64,000 nt of DNA from Octopus sinensis (lineage: Eukaryota), in contig NC_043007.1 in NCBI RefSeq assembly GCF_006345805.1, positions 26,102,001 through 26,166,000 of the forward strand. Direction: 5' to 3'. The notes under the pieces are model-generated. The model worked only from the letters and a program-made list of their open reading frames with translations. It searched no databases and had not been told where the DNA came from. Position 1 is the stretch's first letter. Each line of letters opens with the position of its first letter. The translations under genes were made by a program, and so were the position numbers. Of the stretch, positions 60,990-64,000 are shown one piece after another.

Positions 60990-63731
60990 TCATATATTTT
61001 TTTCTCTCTCTGTGTTTCTTTTCTGTGTATCTTTCTGTTGAAGAGCGTAGGCTCGAAATGTAACAGACTTGTTTTATTTATATTCCTGAGCGCTATACTA
61101 ACACAATTGTTTGTTTGTACTCCACCTGCCTTCGTCTTTTGTTTATTTTCATAAAGCTTCCCGTTATATATTCATATATATTAATACAATTTTATGTAAT
61201 TTTATTTACAGCTTTTGGCCAATGCAAATCCTAATTGTTCATATGTGAAAAAGGACTCGAACCAAAGAGTGACACCTTTGGTCTTAATTGCTCAGTAAGT
61301 ACTGAAGTTCTGTAATAATAATTTCATTCTAAAAAACTGTACAGTCTAGCTCAATTTTGTCCTCTTTGTCAAAAGGTATATCGTCCAGTGCTACAAAACT
61401 GATCTAATGAATCATTAATTTATTAAGCTAATTATATTTTAAAATAAATACTCATTAAATTGAAAATACTTTTGATCAAAGTAGAATTCAATACTAGCTT
61501 GGTGATGCAATCATTTGTGAAAAATGACTTTTTTTTTGTGTATTTAGTGTTTTGGTAATTTCATGTTCCAAGATATTGTATGTAGATTTAAAGCTTATAT
61601 TAGCTTGATAAGTAAGTTCTGTCTTGAATACTCATAAGGCAAGTTATTTGGTTTCCATGGCATATAAGGGACTGAGATCACAACATTCCCCCTGAATGGG
61701 ATGCTAGTCTTATGTAGCTGAGTGGGGCAACATGAAATGAAGTGTTTTGCTCAAGAATATGGTGCACCTGTTGATCCAAGAATTGAAACCACGATTGCAA
61801 GATTTTGAGTACAACACCCTGAACCACAAGGCCATATGCTTTTGCAATTACTTTCTGCTTTTTGGTGAAAATAGAGCTACCAAAACTGAGAAATAGCTAC
61901 CAATGTTTCCTATTGCTAAATGGTTCAGCTTACTGTCATGGTTTCATTTTTTTGTAAATCCATGGATTTCATCATCCGTTTTCCATGTTGGCATGCGTTA
62001 GACCAGTTGCTCTTAACCAGGATCCATATGGCCCCTGAGGGTCCAACTAAGATTTTACGGGGTTCGCACAACAAAATAGTAAATTGGGGATCCACAATAA
62101 TATTTTAAGGGTCCCCTGAAAATATTTTGCTTTCGATGTATGTATTGCAAGAAACAGCTAGGTTTCTTTCTCTAATATTTTACATAGTTCAACCTACATG
62201 GGTTAATATGTAAAATGTAAAATAGGAATTTTAAAAGAAATGTCTATAAAACTAGTTTTTAAGCATCAAATGGCAATGGGGGTCTACCAGAATAAAATAG
62301 GAATCAAAGGGGTCCATTGATAAAAAATAGTTGAGAACCCCTGAATTAGACAGTTTGTTCAGAGCTGGCAAGTAGGAGAGCTGCACCAGGTTCTAACCCG
62401 ATTTGGCTTGGTTTCTATGGCTGGATGCCCTCCCTTAATGCCAACCACTTTACAGAATATGTCGGGTGCTTATTATGTGGCACCAACATAGGTGCTTTTA
62501 TGTGGCCCTGGCATGGAAGCTTTTTATGTGATCCAGCACGGGATTTATTATTTGTAAATCCATACCCTGTGACAGGATCTATTTGTTAATTATCTCCTTA
62601 TAGTATGTAATTATTTTATGTGTTTTACATATCTTATGTTTTTGGTTCTTTTTGTTTTTTCTCAGAAACGGTAAACCTGACTTACTGCGCATGCTTGTAT
62701 CGGCACATGTCATGATAGACGACAGGAATAACCCCAGACAGCAAACTGCTTTGCACTTAGCTGTACAAAACCCAAGTAAGTAACCTAACCAGTGTTCATA
62801 TGTGATTATATGTGTATACGGGTTGCCATTGTGGTGAGTATATGATAATTTCATCCATTAAGTGTTCCTCTTTGAAATGTTACACAAAGGAATTGAGTAA
62901 TATTAAGAGAACACTAATAGTAACAGACTTTGCCAACTACTCTACTTGAAGCGAAGTAATGGTGGGCCGAGAGGTCTAACAAAAATTAATGTTCATAATC
63001 TGTGATTTTTTTTTTTTTTTTTTGCTTAAGATAAAATTTTATACTGAATGGCTGTGTGGTCAAGAAGTTTGCTTCCCAACCATATGGTTTTGAGTTTAGT
63101 CCCACTGCATGGCACTTTGGGCAAATTTCTGAAAAGCTCTATCTGTGACGATTTCATCTCATTCGAAGGAGAGGGCCTTTCTCTGTCCGGGTTGCGGATC
63201 CGTGGAATAAGCTGCCAGACGAGATAGTGAAGATGCCGACGACCACTTGGTTCAAAGTCTCTCTTGACCAGAAATGGCCTGAACTCTTTGCATGAACACC
63301 CTCCCTGTACATAACTCCATGTCCCCCTTCATGGCCATGCTTTTTGCTTTTTGAGCCAAAAAATTAACTTAACTTATTTGTGTTTGTCAGAGTCCATTTG
63401 TGACTTCTTCAATGACATACCAATCAATGTTTATTCTTCTAATTAACAAACTGCTGCAATATTTTGATATCTTTTGCCTTTCCTTTTTTTTAACAGTTCG
63501 TGATGCCGATACTTTGAGGAGAGTACATATTCTGAAAGAAGCTGGTGCCAAGGTGAATGCCGTTGATTGCGATGGCTTGACACCCCTACATTGCTCTGTG
63601 AAAAACAACTTGGGCCAGCTAGACTCTAACATTGACCTTGAAGAATTGCTGATTAAAAATAATGCTGATGTTTTTGCTAAAGACAAAAAGAATCGTTTGT
63701 CCTTGCATTATGCTTTTGGAGATATTGAAAA
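5549..63731 (+). CDS. Multi-exon gene (26 exons in window, 3' end beyond window): large ankyrin-repeat protein, probably PME-5-type tankyrase-like PARP. join(5549-5705,12742-13008,14391-14495,15905-16025,21706-21805,22749-22915,23577-23664,25553-25678,27951-28073,28554-28631,30917-31080,33271-33380,35176-35282,38958-39114,40477-40688,42707-42806,44900-45021,45817-45858,46518-46637,49803-49952,52536-52679,57473-57638,59284-59483,61212-61294,62666-62775,63497-63731)
   Basis: All introns are GT-AG and all 25 junctions are phase-compatible, giving one stop-free frame of 3554 nt. About 20 ankyrin motifs are present (TALHYA, TPIHCAA, RPVHYAAA, SPLMIAACKGH, HYAAAYGW, TPLMLA, TALHLAV, TPLHCS, SLHYAF). 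The PME-5/PARP assignment is recalled similarity; no catalytic domain is visible in the window. Confidence 0.9.
5941..6551 (+). mobile_element. 5'-truncated RTE-clade LINE (ORF2 C-terminus followed by family-B tail). Related copies 27200-27860(-) and 47470-47830(+)
   Basis: Translates to LRWYGHVMCMDEDSCVKKC...CGRGRPRKTCDKVVKLDL...DRDLWR, the typical RTE ORF2 end, and runs into the (GAT)n module. Confidence 0.75.
12481..12608. repeat. Near-perfect palindrome (62-bp arms, 4-nt loop, 3 mismatches), probably a fold-back MITE
   Basis: Arm 12481-12542 is the reverse complement of 12547-12608. Confidence 0.9.
12742..13008 (+). CDS. Exon 2: (G)TFYVCKAQQIVYRSSKRFRIQWLN...LERGLPLNEG
   Basis: TTTATAG acceptor, GTACGT donor, phase 1-1. 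Confidence 0.88.
13399..13797 (+). mobile_element. LINE/SINE 3' segment with (AAT)n tail that interrupts a piggyBac-type MITE (13257-13398); the same 3' end occurs at 10245-10345
   Basis: Shared GTACCCTTATCAGACGGGTAG...GATGGCATGCACTG..CTCTC.CTCAA followed by a microsatellite tail at two loci. Confidence 0.6.
14391..14495 (+). CDS. Exon 3: (I)EDEEPINKKKKVVESSPKPVKPQSSSKEAKVSQK
   Basis: TTGCAG acceptor, GTAATT donor, phase 1-1, open frame. Confidence 0.82.
15905..16025 (+). CDS. Exon 4: (G)KAKGEKPGKRKGGGKRKDEQKLKPNPNIEVLEKEPFFET
   Basis: TTTAG acceptor, GTAAGC donor, phase 1-2. Confidence 0.85.
16797..17160 (-). mobile_element. Non-autonomous Helitron-like element (family H2); 3'-truncated second copy approx. 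50531-50840
   Basis: Minus strand: A|TCTCTATATATATAAACGGC 5' end, 13-bp-stem hairpin (16801-16831), then CTTG|T 3' end; AT target, no TSD. Confidence 0.75.
19068..19287. mobile_element. piggyBac-type MITE family P1 (~220 bp). Copies 32675-32889 (inverted), 37005-37224, 41680-41900 (inverted), 13257-13398 (truncated)
   Basis: TTAA|CCCTTT...AAAGGG|TTAA termini with TTAA duplication and a shared internal sequence. Confidence 0.85.
21143..21275 (-). mobile_element. Penelope-like element remnant containing a decayed minimal hammerhead motif (approx. 21234-21269)
   Basis: Minus strand GTTT-CTGACGA-A-GAGC-TCC-ACTC-AAAA-CGT-T-AAAT, beside a (TA)n tract. Confidence 0.55.
21706..21805 (+). CDS. Exon 5: (N)EPVPFISPHVNGKLAIRAVLLNDMTLLKSLKYG
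   Basis: TTTTAG acceptor; GTAAGT donor at 21806 gives phase 0, matching exon 6. Confidence 0.8.
22749..22915 (+). CDS. Exon 6: LDYVRSPKNELTALHYAIQRQ...DSMGTG (first ankyrin-like motif)
   Basis: TTCAG acceptor, GTAAGT donor, phase 0-2. Confidence 0.88.
23577..23664 (+). CDS. Exon 7: (W)YNPVFLGIHNIRSITLGRGNREGNNALTK
   Basis: TTCAG acceptor, GTATTT donor, phase 2-0. Confidence 0.88.
25221..25330. repeat. ~110-bp imperfect palindrome centred on TATA|TATA
   Basis: GTATTTAGGAATGGTCAT...GCACTATA is the reverse complement of TATAGTGC...ATGACCGTTCCTAAATAC, with a few mismatches and indels. Confidence 0.85.
25553..25678 (+). CDS. Exon 8: DVDNDAECSPEKYFEYAVSVGASKEILEILFDTNQNETRDEQ
   Basis: TTTCAG acceptor, GTGAAT donor, 126 nt, phase 0-0. 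Confidence 0.85.
25756..27001 (+). mobile_element. Full-length but inactivated Tc1-like DNA transposon (1246 bp) with transposase pseudogene
   Basis: TA duplication (25754-55 and 27002-03); ~30-bp TIRs CAGAGGTTGGACAAAATAATGGAAACACC / GGTGTTTCCACTATTTTGTCCAATCCCTG; fragments DFQRGQIVGARMAG, NSGRKPKLS, DESSF, VKHGGGSVMIWG, FQDDN, PPQSPDLHIIEHLW broken by stops and frameshifts. Confidence 0.93.
27951..28073 (+). CDS. Exon 9: IATVYQFIHQAIIKGHRKLSGKLIEEAEKAGGHGYNYLHKE
   Basis: TTCCAG acceptor, GTAATA donor, 123 nt, phase 0-0. Confidence 0.88.
28554..28631 (+). CDS. Exon 10: VLLFEKEDLRTNILPASVTKKPFYSK
   Basis: TTTGAAG acceptor, GTAAGT donor, 78 nt, phase 0-0. Confidence 0.82.
28958..29287. repeat. 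Tandem repeat, three 108-bp units
   Basis: TCCAGC recurs at 28971, 29079 and 29187, with near-identical sequence between occurrences. Confidence 0.9.
30206..30454. mobile_element. MITE with ~63-bp TIRs embedded in (TA)n
   Basis: 30206-30268 is the reverse complement of 30390-30454; (TA)n on both sides. Confidence 0.8.
30917..31080 (+). CDS. Exon 11: ITPIHCAAINPNVKYLQTLL...RRPVHYAAACTSTATLEYLLE
   Basis: TTTCAG acceptor, GTAAGG donor, phase 0-2, two ankyrin motifs. Confidence 0.92.
32949..33199. mobile_element. hAT(Charlie)-like MITE; related copy 62003-62343
   Basis: CAGTGTTTCTCAAC...GTTGAGAACTACT termini and shared GGGGTCC internal motifs. Confidence 0.6.
33271..33380 (+). CDS. Exon 12: (K)GANPLELDSSGMCAIHYAAQAGRAHNVEVLLKKAKS
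   Basis: CCTTAG acceptor, GTAAGT donor, phase 2-1. Confidence 0.92.
35176..35282 (+). CDS. Exon 13: (N)IDLDTFSHKYGPGALNRPNRFGQCPFHFAIMEGYT
   Basis: TTCTAG acceptor, GTAAGT donor, phase 1-0. Confidence 0.88.
37250..37560 (+). mobile_element. Decayed L1/Tx1-like LINE ORF2 C-terminal remnant
   Basis: KEVEWWTRLK...FLKFHLKWKVRVENEMLPFSKFVESWMKVANMV*VKGPTLNMCL*; clade assignment from memory. Confidence 0.4.
38958..39114 (+). CDS. Exon 14: EVVKVMLKYQVEVNKPMSASKDKMSPLMIAACKGHLDIAKLLVANKADVEQK
   Basis: TTGTAG acceptor, GTTAGT donor, phase 0-1. Confidence 0.92.
40477..40688 (+). CDS. Exon 15: (D)KMRRTALIHAVMNGNTHVVSYLL...HYAAAYGWVFCLKLLVDSGGANPNLPNDWK
   Basis: TTTCAG acceptor, GTTAGT donor, phase 1-0, two clear ankyrin repeats. 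Confidence 0.93.
42707..42806 (+). CDS. Exon 16: VTPVCIAFLKGHYGLVDYLLSQPGSDINFKDER
   Basis: TTGCAG acceptor, GTGAGT donor, phase 0-1. Confidence 0.92.
42895..43119. mobile_element. piggyBac-type MITE family P2. Copies 40792-41010, 46109-46311, 50235-50455, 35739-36182 (inverted, with nested family-B copy); partial near 14723, 22993, 51782
   Basis: TTAA|CCCTTTAGCATTCAGATTA...AATGCTAAAGGG|TTAA consensus. Confidence 0.85.
44900..45021 (+). CDS. Exon 17: (G)RTLVSLAAESKLVPEIIKEMKYLVEKKADCSLADLEGYNP
   Basis: TTCCAG acceptor, GTATGT donor, phase 1-0. Confidence 0.9.
45111..45513 (+). mobile_element. RTE-clade LINE 3' fragment (SR2/Perere-3-like ORF2 end)
   Basis: CLRSILKIRWPEHISNMELWQRT...KWKWIGSTIRK...ALQWNPDGYRKRGRPKNSWRRS, an A-rich tail and an internal short duplication of TTCGATTAGGGAG. 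Confidence 0.8.
45817..45858 (+). CDS. Exon 18 (42-nt mini-exon): LHHLAINSSARSGQ
   Basis: TTTTAG acceptor, CAG|GTAAAT donor, phase 0-0; completes the ankyrin motif YNP-LHHLA. Confidence 0.82.
46518..46637 (+). CDS. Exon 19: DAKECMAVSVEVAEYLIDNNCDPAARSVDGITPLMLAIEK
   Basis: CTCCAG acceptor, GTATGT donor, 120 nt, phase 0-0. Confidence 0.9.
46684..47195. mobile_element. Fold-back MITE, Merlin-like (8-bp TSD, ~195-bp TIRs)
   Basis: AAAAGATT on both sides; 46684-46878 pairs with 46996-47195; termini G(A)ATCTTTT...AAAAGATCC. Confidence 0.8.
48558..49422. mobile_element. Merlin-like MITE (9-bp TSD, ~30-bp TIR) carrying TTAGGG repeats, with a nested family-A SINE (48951-49370)
   Basis: CATTTACAA duplicated at 48549-57 and 49423-31; GGATCTTTTCGGTTTGACCGGCAG / CTGCCAGTCAAACTGAAAAGATCC. 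Confidence 0.82.
49803..49952 (+). CDS. Exon 20: NNILLAKKLLQKKGKITLDKNKFGKNILHMMAELCSQSDMISLLKEVIEL
   Basis: T25 tract plus CTCAG acceptor, GTAAGT donor, 150 nt, phase 0-0. Confidence 0.9.
52536..52679 (+). CDS. Exon 21: NKTSGETDMEVDGTNVSSDSTLKQLAKMVDHDGYTPLLKACQVYKNLQ
   Basis: TTATAG acceptor, GTATGT donor, 144 nt, phase 0-0. Confidence 0.9.
53042..53418 (+). mobile_element. tRNA-derived SINE (family D). Related copies 34790-35090 and 51953-52150
   Basis: GGAGGCGCAATGGCCCAGTGGTTAGGGCAGCGGACTCGCGGTC...TTCGATTCCC head followed by a non-tRNA body. Confidence 0.8.
53925..54838 (+). mobile_element. Decayed mariner transposase remnant split by a BovB-like LINE
   Basis: IADILQISK..VENHLHQ, VPHQL, NDPFLKSMETGDKKW, SWGK before the insert; DVYCDKLEKLNAA, HKNARLHTS, DVFPHP after it. 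Confidence 0.75.
54220..54613 (+). mobile_element. RTE/BovB-like LINE 3' fragment with (GATA)n tail
   Basis: KADQKRINAFELWCRRRLLWIPWTAR..N..VLKQI...AYFSHIMRRKSLEKDIMLGMVSGKRGRDRPRTRWLD...DRTDWR...SRLRLSG*, with one frameshift. Confidence 0.85.
57473..57638 (+). CDS. Exon 22: ASTYKKQPDNELEVRQANVRNFISLLIDEANPDINASVDKK...TYGKE
   Basis: TTGCAG acceptor, GTGAGT donor, phase 0-1. Confidence 0.9.
59284..59483 (+). CDS. Exon 23: (G)KWCAVHFMVAAV...QYGCVPLIQAIQLGRVEAVKML
   Basis: CACTAG acceptor, GTACAG donor (weak), phase 1-0. Confidence 0.88.
59787..60065 (-). mobile_element. CR1-clade LINE 3' fragment
   Basis: Minus strand KHFFTLRVAEAWNKLPAPVVSCRSTASFKTSM, followed by a 3' UTR and microsatellite tail. 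Confidence 0.75.
61029..61068 (+). ncRNA. Decayed minimal type-I hammerhead ribozyme motif in a Penelope-like remnant (approx. 60990-61170)
   Basis: ATCTTT-CTGTTGA-A-GAGC-GTAG-GCTC-GAAA-TGT-A-ACAGAC. Confidence 0.55.
61212..61294 (+). CDS. Exon 24: LLANANPNCSYVKKDSNQRVTPLVLIA
   Basis: TTACAG acceptor, GTAAGT donor, phase 0-2. Confidence 0.88.
62666..62775 (+). CDS. Exon 25: (Q)NGKPDLLRMLVSAHVMIDDRNNPRQQTALHLAVQNP
   Basis: TCTCAG acceptor, GTAAGT donor, phase 2-1. Confidence 0.9.
63149..63375 (+). mobile_element. CR1-clade LINE 3' fragment
   Basis: RFHLIRRRGPFSVRVADPWNKLPDEIVKMPTTTWFKVSLDQKWPELFA*, followed by an (AACTT)n-like tail. Confidence 0.75.
63497..63731 (+). CDS. Exon 26: (I)RDADTLRRVHILKEAGAKVNAVDCDGLTPLHCSVKNN...RLSLHYAFGDIE
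   Basis: TAACAG acceptor, GTAATT donor, phase 1-2, no stop, so the gene continues past the window. Confidence 0.92.
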
Positions 63732-64000
63732 GTAATTTTTCATTTTCATTGTTGGTTACACTATTGTTTATTTGTTCAGCTTGTTGTTCATTTTATGTTT
63801 TTGTTAATAATTTCCTTAATTTCTTTTATAATGATAGAATTTTTATAAAATTCCCATTGGGATGTAGAATTAAAAAAGTTACATGGAGCCCTCATGTTGA
63901 TTTTCCTTATCACACCACTTGTCTCTGCTGAGTCAGTTGTGACTGAGTGTATAAAATATACATCATCATCATCATCGTTTAATGTCCGTTTTCCATGCTA

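Noticed and set aside
5549-63731. Gene symbol TNKS (canonical tankyrase)
   Set aside because: The canonical tankyrase ankyrin signatures and regular ARC periodicity are absent, and no SAM or PARP domain is visible, so the symbol is left blank.

Overview
AT-rich, very repeat-dense animal DNA; the SINE, LINE and MITE families look like those of Octopus (inferred from repeat content, not a database match). The window is almost wholly the intron-rich 5' part of one + strand gene. I rebuilt 26 GT-AG exons by hand (ATG at 5549 to 63731; 3554 nt, 1184 codons plus 2 nt) and every splice phase matches. The product has an unassigned ~140-aa N-terminal domain, a Lys-rich NLS-like linker and about 20 ankyrin-like repeats. 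It continues beyond the window and resembles the PME-5-type (ankyrin-WGR-PARP) tankyrase-like proteins, not canonical tankyrase. The introns hold tRNA-derived SINEs, 3' fragments of RTE, BovB-like, CR1 and Tx1-like LINEs, a complete but decayed Tc1, a mariner remnant, piggyBac-, hAT- and Merlin-type MITEs and non-autonomous Helitrons. The most notable non-coding signals are two decayed minimal hammerhead-ribozyme motifs, a Merlin-like MITE carrying TTAGGG/G4 repeats, and several long fold-back structures close to exons, which are candidate ADAR substrates. Almost all short ORFs in the supplied track are repeat or microsatellite artefacts.
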